Shown here one piece after another: positions 51,049-63,607 of a DNA stretch of 64,000 nt. The DNA is from Utricularia gibba (taxonomy: Eukaryota; Plantae; Magnoliophyta): positions 558,001 to 622,000 of the forward strand of contig NEEC01000024.1 in NCBI GenBank assembly GCA_002189035.1, given 5' to 3'. The notes beneath the pieces are model-generated. The model was not told the origin of the DNA. It did no database searches and saw only the letters and a program-made list of their open reading frames with translations. The first letter of the stretch is position 1. Each line of letters opens with the position of its first letter. Position numbers and translations under genes: made by a program.

Positions 51049-54000
51049 TGTTAGGGTTTCTAGCAATTCCATTGGAATACTAATCATGTATAACCATTTG
51101 AATGTTATAAATGAGACTTTTGGGTGACCTTAACATTCATTGAGAGGTTTAAATCCTTTAGGTACTCAAAGAGTTGTGACTCTTTGAATGCAGGAGATGG
51201 TTTCTTCTCTTCCTATAAATGTTTCATTTCTCCTGATTTCAACGTGTGAGTTGAAGAGCGTGTTGAACCCTGGGAGATTACTTGATTGTTCTAGAAATAA
51301 TCTCTTAAGGGCAGTGTGATCTACACACACCTCAAGTTTTCTTTCGTCTTCATCTTACTTGCAGCAGGAACTCCGACCCAACAATCTTAAGAGATTATGG
51401 CCAACATTGCAAGGAATGAAAACCAAAGCAACAATGTGGAGAGCAATGCTGAAGATGATCTCAATGAGTTCTTGAGTGAACATATATCCACCTATCCATC
51501 ATACTTTGTTCCTCATATGATTGAACCACCAGTAGCGATGATAAGATATCCTAATACTTCTAGAATTGAAGAGTTCAATGGAACCAACTACAAAAGGTGG
51601 AAGGAACGGGTCTACACCCTACTCGACATGCATGGAGTGAGTTGGGTTTTGACAACCCCACTCATAGAGGACACGAATTATGTTTTGTGGGATCAAGAAA
51701 ACAAAATATGTCGAAACACCATTCTTTCCACTCTTACTAACTCTCTCTTTGACATCTATGTAAGCTCCACAAATTCAAAGAAGATATGGGACTCAATGAT
51801 GGAAAAGTACACTGCAGAAGATGTGGTAAAACAAAAGTTTGTTTGTTCCAAATTCTATCAATGGGAAATGGTGGAGGACAAGGACGTTCATGAACAAGTG
51901 AATGAGTATCTTCAGCTGCTGGAGGGCTTGAATGGGGAAAACATCAAACTACCTAATGAGTTTCTAGCCGAAATACTCATTGAAAAACTACCTCCATCAT
52001 GGAATGACTACAAGCTGCAACTCAAACACAAGAATAAGAAGATGGATCTCTCTGAAGTAATGAAGCACATGATCATTGAGAATAAGCATAGAAATCAGAT
52101 ACGCATCTTGGGGAAGGAGCTTGAAACTAAAGCAAACTTTGTGGAGGATAAAGGTAAAAATTATAAATTTATCAAGAAAAATGCCTCTCCTTTCAAAGGT
52201 GAGAAATCCCTTGATGTGAAATCTTTCAATATCAAGAAGAAGAAGGGCCACTGCTTTGTCTGTGGACAACCGAGGCATTATGCTGCTCAATGCCGAATGA
52301 GGGCAACTCTTGAGCATAATAAAAAACCTTCTACTAATAACAAGGAAAAATCAAAAAGCTTTAATTATGTTAATTTTTGGTACTTGTCTAGATGTTATAT
52401 GTAAAATCAAAAGTTTTCTGTCAAATACATTTGATATGAAAGATTTGGGAGAAGCTCAAGTGATTCTTGGCATGAAGATTGTGAAATATAATAATGGCAT
52501 CATGCTGGCACAAAAGCATTACGCAGAGAGAATCTTACAAAGATTTGGTTATTCTAATTTAAAACTGGCAAATACCCCATATGATTCCAGTGTGAATCTT
52601 GTAAAGAATCGAGAAGAGCCTATGTCTCAAACCACTTATGCACAAATAGTTGGGAGTTTGTTGCATTTAGGAAACTATACCAGGCCAGACTTGGCATATG
52701 CGGTTTCTAGACTTGGAAGATATACTAAAAATCCAAGTGAGGTTCATTGGAGAGCTTTGGTGAGACTTTTAAGTTACATCAAAGGAACAATGGATTATGG
52801 AAAATTCTATACAGGTTTTCCAGCAATTTTAGAGGGCTTCACTGATGCAAACCGGAACTCTAGTTCAAATGGCACAAAATGCATCAGTGGATATGTGTTT
52901 ACAATGGGAGGGGGTGCTGTGGCTTGGAGGTCAACCAAGCAAAACCCTAGTGGCTCGTTTGACAATGGAGTCAGAATTTATTGCTATGAAGCTTGCATGT
53001 GTAGAAGCCGAATGGCTCAGGACTCTTTTAATATAGGTAAATATTGAACAGAGATTGATCACCTCTATGTCAGTACATTGCGGCAACCAAGTGGCAATAG
53101 CAAATGCAAAGAATAAAACCTATAATGGTAAAAGCAAGCATATTCGCTTGAGACATAATGTTATCAAGCAATTGCTCAAAAATAGAGTGGTTTCCATTGA
53201 TTTTGTGAGGTTAGAGGTGAACTTGACTGACCCTTTGACAAAGTCGTTAGGGAGGCAAAAGATTGAGAAAACAATAAGGGATATGGGTTCATTACCATTA
53301 GATCATCAGTGTATACAAATACCCCATCTATGTGATTGGTAACACCATGAAGTAGATTCATATGGGTAACAACGAAGTATACATTAATACTAGAGCATTT
53401 CCCTAATTAGCTCAAATCCATGTTGCAAGAGATGCTCATCAATATTGGAAGGGTGAGTCTTACTCTTAATGGACGAAAAATCATGCTGAAGTTGATTATC
53501 TGTCCACCTATGTGAAAGTGAAGTTGGGCCGCTTCTATGGAATCATGGTAAAAATTCCTAAAGCTTTTATTAATTAAGACAGGGCTGCGCATGGCTACAG
53601 AGGCGCACAACAGCGTTGAGAAATGAAGTTGCGGACTAGATTGTGATGTGTTGAATATTGTAATATAACGTGAGTCCCAGTTCATAGAAATTCTTATTTC
53701 ACCTTGTCTCTAGTGTTACATGTTCCACGTGTCTAAAGTCTTGGTTCATAGTTTGAAAAAAAAAAAAAACACCATGACTCATGCAATCTGGTCTACGTTG
53801 AATGAAGAAAGAAAACCCTGATGAGTATTCCGATGTGTGGGGATTGTTAGGGTTTCAAGCAATTCCATTGGAATACCAATCATGTATAACCATTTGAATG
53901 TTATAAATGAGACTTTTGGGTGACCTTAACATTCATTGAGAGGTTTAAAACCTTTAGGTACTCAAAGAGTTGTGACTCTTTGAGTGTAGGAGATGGTTTC

Positions 54001-54179
54001 TTCTCTTCCTATAAATGTTTCATTTCTCCTGATTCCAACGTGTGAGTTGAACAACGTGTTGAACCCTTGGAGATTACTTGATTATTCTTGAAATAATCTC
54101 TTAAGGGCAGTGTGATCTACACACGCCTCAAGTTTTCTTTCGTCTTCATCTTACTTGCAGAAGGAACTCCAACCCAACA
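51049..54179 (+). mobile_element. Internally deleted Ty1/Copia element with both LTRs (3131 bp)
   Basis: LTRs at 51049-51383 and 53845-54179 (335 bp each; I counted 14 mismatches by eye). Flanks ACAAT/ACGGT form a degenerate TSD and a purine tract precedes the 3' LTR. Gag is joined directly to the RT C-terminus (KSFLSNTFDMKDLGEA) and RNase H (KSKHIRLRHN). Confidence 0.93.
51397..52404 (+). CDS. Copia gag ORF (335 aa, open) with CCHC zinc knuckle
   Basis: Motifs IEEFNGTNYKRWKERV, IEKLPPSWNDYK and CFVCGQPRHYAAQC. The last few codons run out of frame into the RT remnant. Confidence 0.8.
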   Translation: MANIARNENQSNNVESNAEDDLNEFLSEHISTYPSYFVPHMIEPPVAMIRYPNTSRIEEFNGTNYKRWKERVYTLLDMHGVSWVLTTPLIEDTNYVLWDQENKICRNTILSTLTNSLFDIYVSSTNSKKIWDSMMEKYTAEDVVKQKFVCSKFYQWEMVEDKDVHEQVNEYLQLLEGLNGENIKLPNEFLAEILIEKLPPSWNDYKLQLKHKNKKMDLSEVMKHMIIENKHRNQIRILGKELETKANFVEDKGKNYKFIKKNASPFKGEKSLDVKSFNIKKKKGHCFVCGQPRHYAAQCRMRATLEHNKKPSTNNKEKSKSFNYVNFWYLSRCYM

Positions 54180-54689
54180 ACGGTGTCCATATATGAAGAG
54201 TTGCTAGATATTTCAAAGGAGTAGTGGGTGGCGATGTAGAAGTAAAACGAATAGATCATGGGGCATGCCATGAAAGTGTTTAAGGTTTCATCCAAGGCTA
54301 TGGGTTTGCCCCGAGATTTCATAACCGAAGCCTGCATTGAAATAAATTACAAGGTGGTGGTCAACTTACACCCTAAATGCCCTAAATCTATTGTTGACCT
54401 CAAATGCCACATGGATCCCAAAACAATCACCCTTCTTCTCCAAGACATCGACATTGTCCACTATCAAGACGTATCAAGGAGAATGATATGTCTAAAAAGA
54501 TCGGATGAACTCTCAAACTTATCCATGTAATAGCATAATGGAAAACAAGGAGCTTCAATGAAGAATTTTTTGATCAAAGGAAAATTTATTTTACAAAGAG
54601 TGCTAAAACTAACCGCTAACAAAAGGCTCTTTATAGACAAAGCAAGTAACAAAATGAACACAAAAACAGGAAACTAGTGCACTATGTGG

Positions 54690-57195
54690 GAGTTTTCATC
54701 CACTTAACAAAACTCCAAAAAATTAAACCACATCATTGCTCCTCCTTCTAAAGTAAATTGAAATGCCCTCAAACAAATTGCTTCTTCCATTACTCCAGCA
54801 CTTTAAAATGATGTGCAAACTTTTGTAATATTGTCCAAGTACTCGTGTAGTTTTTCTCCAATCTTGCCATAAAAGTTTAGCAAAAAATTGATCATGGCCG
54901 GTTTAAGTTCACTTTCTGCATCATTTGGAAAACTGATACATTATCCCTTGTAAGAATGATCAGCATCATCTAATTCGTTCAATGTCTTCTCCTGTTCAGC
55001 CATTTTAAGATTTGGGTGGTTACGATAAGGATTTTCCTCAACTTGAGCGCTTCCGTTGATTTTTTGTGGTTCCCTCATATAGCCCTCTTGACGTCAAAAT
55101 TGAAATCGAAATTTCCTGCACTAAAGGAACAAAAATGTATCAACTAATAATACAAAACAGTTGACGATGCCAATTTGACCTTCTTATCCTTAAGATGGGT
55201 TTCAAGCCTCTATACTCATTCAACTTTGATAGTAAGAAAATACTTGACCTTCTTAACAATGTCTTTCATCATCCAACCTCATCAAATGGTTAGTTATACA
55301 TCAAATGTGTTCTTTCTCCCTCTCCTAGGGTCTGGTCGCATTCCTCCTCCTTGTCTTCTCAATAAAAGAATATCTTCACTTCTTTTTTTCCATTTTTCAA
55401 AGTTAATACTGTTGGGTTTCTCGTAGACATCATATGTCTCAAAAGCAGCGGAATTTTAAAATTTTTGAGAAACCCCCAACACAGATCTTGGAATATGGTA
55501 TAAATTAGACAAAGGGATTCTGAAATATCTTTCAGATGACTCCGTTGTTCACCAACCGCCATTAGCAGACGGCCTCCATGGTATCCACATGTGGAGCACT
55601 CCGTCGATAACCTTCTCAAGGCTCTTGAATGCTGATCGAATTTCTCAGGTGCTAGTTGAGAAAAACGCCTCCTTGTAGATTAGTCTCAGAGAGCACGAAG
55701 ACCTTGGAGCACATCTCAAGATCTGAATCTTTTTTATAGATATTTTTTGACATATCAAATCATATCTATATGAGATCTTTTATTTTGAGTTTAATCAATA
55801 TTAATCTCAAAATAATTCTCTATTTAATATATCCACTTTACCAATTACATCTCATGTAATTGTGTCATTCTATTTTATATCGATGAGTGACTCCACTATT
55901 GTGCGTGACCCTATAGGCTTCATCAATCAAGGCCGTAATAATGGATTTATTAATTAACTCTTAATTAATCAAATCCATCATTATCGATCATGAGTGATGT
56001 CTAGCAACATATCATGATCCCCAAGATTAAAGAATAATCAGGTGAATTGATTGAACCTTTCCATAACCAGCCACCTTCCAATGAACAACTTTCATCATAC
56101 TTATATCTCATTCGGTACTAGAACATGGGTGTGTGTCTTTCTGATGTATCGAACTTATAATTGCATTCAAGCACTAACATTCAATGACCTACTCAAACAA
56201 TTCGAGTGTCATTACCCTGGGCCTAGGACTTACTGTTAGGTTTTGATGCAATTACTTGAGATATGATCTCATTGCTAACATGAGTGATGAATCCTTTATT
56301 GATCAATCAACTATCTCCAACCTTAAGGAGTCACATCCCTACTCATCCATACTAGGCAAGCCATGGTTAGGCTCCCATTGACAATGAGCGAAAATGTGAG
56401 CTTAAGATCAAGATAACTTTGTTGACCTCAAGTCTAAGCTTATTTGCACGGCTATCGTATTCGAGATCTTGCTACTGACACTTGGTTAGCATCCCATAGT
56501 AGCATTTCAAAGATGAGTCATCCAGTGAATCGATTCTCTAATCAACACCCACACATAGGTTCTAGTAATCTCATTACATCAATTGTGAGAACCATTGCCT
56601 AAACTGTTTAGGGAACTCAATGTGTGCCAGCTTATCCGTATTTGTGATATCCTCATTTCACAAATACTCTAGCCAGGGAGATTTAACTTGATCATGAGTG
56701 CTTGAAGAATCTCACATTATGATCTCATCATAATTTCTATAGCACATGGATCAAATAGAGGATTTTATCAATGATATAAATTTGATTCAAATTCAAAGTA
56801 AATATCAAAAGATAAGATTTTCCAATGAGTTGATTGTCTCTAGAACACATATACTAACAAGTACAATATTCCTAACATCCATATTGTTCTTGGGCTGAAA
56901 CTACGGACGGTAGAATAGTGCATTATGTCTCATCTTTTAATGCTGCCCATTCTTCTAAATCTCTATATGTACGAAATTCATGTCTCCTCCCTGATTTTAG
57001 AACTTTGCTGCTGGACTAGAAAAAAGATTAATAAAATGGAATAGGTTAAATCAAAAAATTTAACCTATTAACACACAAAATCACATTATGTCCTAAATTT
57101 TGGTAAAATACTAAAAACTATAAGATAAATACTTAAAACATGATTCAAAAGCATAATTTTCTTATTCTAAAAATAGGAAAATTTGTGTGTTATCA
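54690..57195 (-). mobile_element. Old Athila-like remnant (LTR plus gag fragment) of the second family (left boundary approximate)
   Basis: The minus strand starts TGATAACACAC at 57195. A degenerate PBS TGGCATCGTC lies near 55163-55172. A gag fragment ELKPAMINFLLNFYG..EEAICLRAFQFTLEGGAMMWF lies at about 54700-54900. Confidence 0.6.
55410..56859 (-). repeat. Angela-type Copia solo LTR (1450 bp)
   Basis: Reverse complement of 30381-31881 with TG..CA termini and a near-TSD AATAC/AGTAC. Confidence 0.9.
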
Positions 57196-57869
57196 TTATT
57201 GTAGTAGATTTGGTTCTAAACACTACTGCTAGATAGTTTACTTTAGTTTGTTTGTTTTCCCTAGAGTGTACTTAAGTCATTACATTGCATTGTTTTATGT
57301 ACTATCTTTTTCTTATCAATAAAAACAACAAACTTTCCATGTTTCTTTCATCACTACACAAAAGCGAAGAGCCTCAGAGTTATTCTCCTACCTACATTTT
57401 CAATCTCCTTTGTCTCAATTTGAATCATATCTCCAAGCCATGAGGCTTTGCATGATTGTGAGCATGTAGATGCAACTTGAGGTTCTTAATGCCAATGCTT
57501 CATTGGAGAGAATCCAGAGGTTAGAGAATACCATAAAAAACCAAAGAAATTTTAGATAAGTCAAAAGTAGAGTTTGAAGGCAAGGCACACTCCAAGGAGA
57601 TGGGGATTTCTAATCTTGAAATCGAGTATGAAAGCATGTGCATCCTACCCTCTCAATTACAAATGTTGTGATATACAAAATCTTAGTTCACCCTTGCTAA
57701 AAGTCATGCATACTATTCTTAGTAGTTTTGAGCTAAAAATTTCTTCGTTAGCGTGTAGTGTTGACTATCAAAATTTAATTGTTGCCAAACTCTCGGGTGT
57801 TCTTCAAGCCTTGAAGTATAGGGAAGTTACAAGAGATCAAGTGGTTGATGATGTGACACTCTAATCTAA

Positions 57870-59100
57870 AGAGATTAGCAACCCACGAACAAGAGGTGAT
57901 TTTGATGCTTAAAAAGGAACCCACCCAAGTCTACCCTCAAGAGAATAAATCTCTTGCAACCAGAATATGAAAGAAAGGGAATTAGGAGCCACACTTCAGA
58001 AAAAGGAGGGATTGGAAGTGATAATCCTTAGACACTACAATCTCTAAAACTTGATAAGTCAAGAGTGTTCAAGTACCCAAAGAAGAGGCAATTTCTCACA
58101 AGATTCATTAAATGAACTAAAGCCCCTGAAAGAGTACACGTCTTGAGTATTTATACTCTAGAATTGTGCTCTAACATTATTAGTCTCAAACTAAATAAAA
58201 GAGAAAAACCTAACAAGTCCAATAACACACAAGCCTAAGGTAGATCCAGCTTCAAGTAGTTGAACTCTTTTGATGGTAAGTCTTCAAACCCAAGTTTGAT
58301 TCCAATGGTGTTGAGTAAAGCCTTGAGTGTATCTTCAACCATATTGCTCTTGCTCCATATCATTGGTTCTGGTGAAATAATCTTATTCTCCAAAGTGTTC
58401 ACTTGTGCAACATTTTCATCATTCTTTAAATACTCTTCATCATCTTGTTGGGGCTCATCAGTTGAGCGAATCTGTATCATCTAAGAAAGACTTTGAGAAG
58501 TAACCACTTGTCACTCTCCACATCAATAATACAGAAGAAAACACCTTGAGTCTAAAGAGCAGATGTTTGGGACAAGCAAACGCAAAGAGACTAAGAAGAA
58601 GGATAAATGGAAATTTCTACCTTGCAAATAAGGCAAGTGATGTTCTCACTCTGAAAGTTATTACTTCTAAAGACTTGATGCAAATTGCTTATGTCATTAA
58701 CATCCCCATGTTAATAAGGTATGTAAATAGAAACACTTGCCTCAAGCTAATGCTTTGATGGTTAAGATTGTGTCATCTACACAAATATCCTATGTGGTTG
58801 CAAGGGAAAATGAAATAGATCCCTTATGTAATGATCCACCCTTTCTTTCCAAGATATTTTTTGTTTTAGGCATTCACTCCTCATGGTTTTACGTTCTCTT
58901 CTTCTAAGGAAAAGAACTCATGCAAGATTAGGAAGGTTTCTCTATTTAAGTACATCCTCATTCCCATCTATAACCAATGTAGGATACTGTACCATCACAA
59001 AGTCCTTGACCCTACATTCTATCTCTTAGACACTCAACGTCATTGTTGAGTGCCACCTCATCCTACCATAAGTTACGAGCTCAGGTTTGGCTCTGATACT
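57870..59100 (-). mobile_element. Probable minus-strand LTR-retrotransposon remnant between the gag and integrase of the host Copia (boundaries approximate)
   Basis: GCTCTGATAC (reverse complement of the tRNA-Met PBS) near 59090. LTR-like sequence at about 57870-58230 and an acidic ORF remnant at 58235-58480. Confidence 0.4.
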
Positions 59101-60002
59101 TTATCCTCATCAAGCAATTTTAGAGCTAAAGCACACATTGAGCTCGTACATGCTTATGTTTGTAGTCGAATGAGTGTTGAATCTCTTAGTGGAAATAGGA
59201 ACTTTATTTGCTTTACCAATGAAATTTCTAGATATTTCTAGGTTTCCTTCATAAAATATAAACACATGTTTTTGAGTGCTACATTTCCTTCAAACCAATT
59301 TATGAGAGAATTTTTGGAAGTTGGCTGAAATGCATGTAAACAAACAATAGTGATGAATTCACCTCCAATCAATTCAAGCTTGAAATAAAGCAAGAAGGTA
59401 TGAAACATCATACTATGGTTCCATATTCCCCTTCAAAAAATAATGTTGTAGAAAGGCAAAATGGAGTCATTGTGCCCATGGCTCGATATCTATTGATAGA
59501 GAAGAAATTACCAATGCAATTTTGAAGAGAAGCTTTTGCAATCTATATTCAAAATATACAATTAGCAAGTAGTCTAAAAGAAAAGAGAAGCTTTTCTAGA
59601 CAACCATTCTTTAAGTAGAATCATTATTAGATACTCAAAGGGAAGCATTGGATATAGAGTTTACAATTCACAAAATAAAATATTCAACATGGCAAGAAGT
59701 CTATATATTGATGTGTATGATTGAAATTTTGACATACTGCCATCTCATGTAACTAGTTATTCTGCCACAACTAACATTTATCTCCTTGATGAGTTTTACC
59801 TTGATGACTTAAATGAAGATGCATATTCCGAAAAGTGTCTACTGAATGAGGAAGATGTAACATTGAATTATCACTTAGAAAATGAGATTAATGATAAACC
59901 TCAAAGAATATCATAAGACTCTAGTGACATAGATCACTCTAAATCACCCTACAATATCACTACATAGAACAAGGACAATGTGTCTTATATTCATGAATAT
60001 GC

Positions 60003-63000
60003 TATCAACATGTGATCGTTATTTCAAGCCAACTGATCTATAAATCAATATCCAGTCTTCTTACACTCACGAACATTGACTAAGGATCTGTTATTTCAAT
60101 TCCATAAAAAATGGGTTTCCTACATGGAAATCATTTGCACTTATTTTTGGAAGATTAGTTTAGCCCTTGTCTATTTAAACATTATTGTTATATTCATTCT
60201 GACATTAGTTTTGTCTGCTTAATAATCCTACTGTCTTGCTGCACGTTTGCCTATATTTAATTATTCCAAAACATCAAATCCTAAGACTTTCTTCCTATCC
60301 TTTCTTTTATTCTTTCCATTCCTAACAAGTGGTATCAGAGCAATGGTATCATGGATGCTACTCAATCAGGAGTAGTTTGGAAATTCAATGGAGAAGATTA
60401 TGTTGTTTGGGCTGTTTAGATGGCTGCATACTTACAAGCAATGAAGCTTTGGGAGATCGTCAACTCCCTAATGCAATTGGAAGTCCTTCCTGCGAATACT
60501 TCATTGGAACGTATTAAAAGGTTAGAGGATTTACAATCAAGAGATGGGCAAGCTAAGGTAGTTCTTTATTCTAACTTGCACAACAGCCAAAAAAATCTAG
60601 GGCAAGCTGAAAATTGAATTTGAGGGTGATGCTCATTCCAAGGAGATGAGGATTGCAAAGCTCGAAATGAAGTACACTCAAAGACCATCAAAACTTATAT
60701 TGACAGGTTCATGAAGGTTGTCACACAACTGCAAGTGCTAGGAGACATAAAAAGCGAGTTTTCCTTTACCAAGAAAGTGATGCATACAGTGCTGCCTTGC
60801 TATGAACCAAAGATCTCTTCCTTAAAAGTGTAGTGTTGATTATCCAAATCTCATAGTTGTGGAGTTGTCTTGTGCCCTTCAAGCCTTAAAGTGTAGAGTA
60901 AATGCTAGGGATCAAGTGCTTGAAAGAGCTTTAGTAGCTCTCAATATCAGGACTCTAGAGAATAAAAACACTCTGAAGCCAATGGGAAAAGACTTGGAGC
61001 AAATAAAGGCAGAGAGAGTAACAAGAAAGAAAAAAGCAAGTTTCATCCATGCAAGCAATGCAAACGAAATTCTCATTCTAAGAATTACTGCTATTGGAGG
61101 CTCGATGCACACTGCACAACCTACAACCAACAAGCACATGTTGATAAAGTGTATAAACAAAAATCCCTATCTCAAGTGAATGTTGCAATAGCTGATGTGG
61201 TCTAAAAAGATAGCATAGAGACTCTGTTTGCTACTATTGTCTCTTCCTTAGAGTTTGAAAAAATGATAAAAACTGAGTTTTCCACTATTGCAAACATTTT
61301 CAAGGACACTTCTGTTCTTTTTGGATGGTTGGTTGGTTGACTGTAGATGCTCAACTCACATGATTGGTAAGAAAGACTACTTTTTGAACTTGAACTTTTC
61401 ATGTGTGGCAAGTGTTAAACTAGGAAATGACGAGATGCTAAAGGCCATCGGTAGAAGATCTGTCTTAGTACAAACACCTCAAGGTATAAAGTTCCTCAAG
61501 AATGTCTACCTTGTTCTAGGACTAAGTATTAATCTGCTGAGTGTCAAGAAATTAGATGACAAGGGTTTTTCAGTAACTTTTGGAGGAAGAACCTGTGTGA
61601 TATCTGATCCAAAAGGCATTGAGATAATGAGAGCTCCTACAACTAGAGACAACTATATTCTACCATGGCTGCCACTACCTATTGAAACTACTGCTACTAC
61701 AAAAGTAACTAATAGTATGAGATGGCATAAAACTCTTTGCCATGCTGGTTTTTCATAGCTAGAATCAAAAAGTGCATCATCTGATTCAAGTGAGGGTGGT
61801 TCCATCAATGATCCTCACACTGAAGACTCAAGTGAAGAAAGCCAATCAAGGTACAAAATACTATTTGATATATATCAATCGACAACACAGATGCAGCCAC
61901 GAGCTTCATTTCAAGTAACCAGATCACTCTCTGACATCCATGAGTATGCTAATGTGGCTATTGCTGCCTTTGATCCACAAATAGTTGGAGAAGCTCTTCA
62001 GCTAGCCCACTGAAAACAAGCTATAGAAGAAGAACTCATGATGATCAAGAAACACAACACATGGACCTTGGTTGATCGTCTAGTTGAAGCAAATATCATC
62101 AGTCTAAAATGAGTGTTCGAAATTAAGACTCATGCTGATGGAAGTCTTGAGAAATACAAAGCAAGGTTGGTAGTCAAGGGCTATTCTCAAGAATATGGAA
62201 TTGATTATTATGACACCTTTGCACCAGTAGCCAGATTCAACACCATACGACTCTAAGCAGCAGTTGCAACTCAAGAACATTGGCAAGTCCACTAAATGGA
62301 TGTCAAATCTGCTTTCTTGAATGGTGACTTGCAAGAGAAGATCTATTGCAAGCAGCCCTCGGGTTTTGAGGTGACAGGACGTAAAGTGTGCTTATAACTC
62401 AAGGCTCTGTATGGCTTGAAACAAGCACTACAAGCTTGGTATGAGAAGCTTGAGAATGCACTATTGGAATTTGGCTTTAAGAAGAGCAAGAATGAAGCTT
62501 CATTATTTGTATTCCAAAAAAGTGATCAAGAAATGCTTATCAATGTCATCTACATCGATGATATCATGATTACAGCAAGTAGTCTATCTCAAATAAATTT
62601 GCTCAAGAACTTCTTGAAAATGAAGTTTGAGATGACTGATCTTGAACTTCAAGAGCATGGAACTTCTAGAGATGACTGAAGCTTGAGATTACAGCATTAC
62701 CTTCTAGGAATGGAGATTCCCAACTTCAAGAATATATTCTCCTCCCTTGAGTAAAATTTGGATATCAAAATTGCTCTCCAGTAAATGTTCCCATTCTTCA
62801 AAATTTTAAGACTGTGCTTGTAGAAGTTGGAAAAGATGCTGATCATGCTTTACAGATCAATGGTGGGGTCGTTTATGTTCTTAACTACTACCTAGCCTAC
62901 TATGATGTTTGATGTGAGCAGGTTGCCCAGATTTATGCATTGTCCTATGGAGCACCACCTGTAGTGTGCAAAAAGAGTAATTACGTATGTTGTTGGAACC

Positions 63001-63607
63001 ATGAACCATGGCCTATACTATAATAGAAACAATAGAGCACTTCATTGTTTTGTCAACTCAGATTTTGTTGGAGCTAGAGACTTCATGAGTACTTCAAGAT
63101 ACATTTTCAACTATTTTTCTACTGGAATGAGCTGGAATTCCAAGAAGCAAGGTAGAGATAGCTCAATCCACAACTCAAGTTGTGGATATATTTGCGAAGG
63201 CATTGCCTCTTGGTCAAGTTGAAAAGTTGAGGAATGAACTTGGTTTGATAGATGGAAATATGCTCAAGGGGGAGTATGTCAACACGTGATCGTTAATTCA
63301 AGCAAACTGATCTATGAATCAGTCTCCAATCTTCCTTACTCATGGACATTGACTGAGGATTTGTTATTTCAGTTCCATAATAAATGGGTTTACTACATGT
63401 AAATCAATTGCAATTTTTGGAAGATTAGTTTAGTCATTGTCTATTTAAATGATGTTGTTGTCTTCATTTTGACTTTTGGAAGATTAGTTTTGTCTGCTCA
63501 ATAAACCTACTATCTTGCTGCACATTTGCCTACATTAATTTTTTTCCAAATCATCAAGTCCTGAGAGTTTTGTTTGGTCCTTTCTTTTATTGTTTTCATT
63601 CCTAACG
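60003..63607 (+). mobile_element. Copia element with both LTRs, integrase largely deleted, nested in a related Copia
   Basis: LTRs at 60003-60327 and 63277-63607, PBS TGGTATCAGAGC at 60330, PPT AAGGGGGAGTA, near-TSD TATGC/TATTC. Gag, protease (WLVDCRCSTHM), RT (MDVKSAFLNGDL, IYIDDIM) and RNase H remnants are present. Confidence 0.88.

Larger units (their letters stand above)
50815..54446 (+). pseudogene. F3H: Flavanone 3-hydroxylase (F3H/FNS I-like 2-oxoglutarate dioxygenase) pseudogene, split by a Copia element
   Basis: 50815-50997 reads SQKVVDVCKK*GLF*VEDDGVHLKLM then KKGGFIVSSHL(K), followed by a GT donor at 50998. 54185-54446 reads WVAM*K*NE*IMGHAMKVFKVSSKAMGL..TEACIEINYKVVVNLHPKCP..LKCHMDPKTITLLLQD. 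Both match canonical F3H segments. Confidence 0.85.

Noticed and set aside
57352-57364. CACTACACAAAAG, resembling a CACTA transposon TIR
   Set aside because: I found no convincing partner TIR, subterminal repeats or transposase. It fits better as the ..ACA end of a Copia LTR followed by a decayed PBS and gag.
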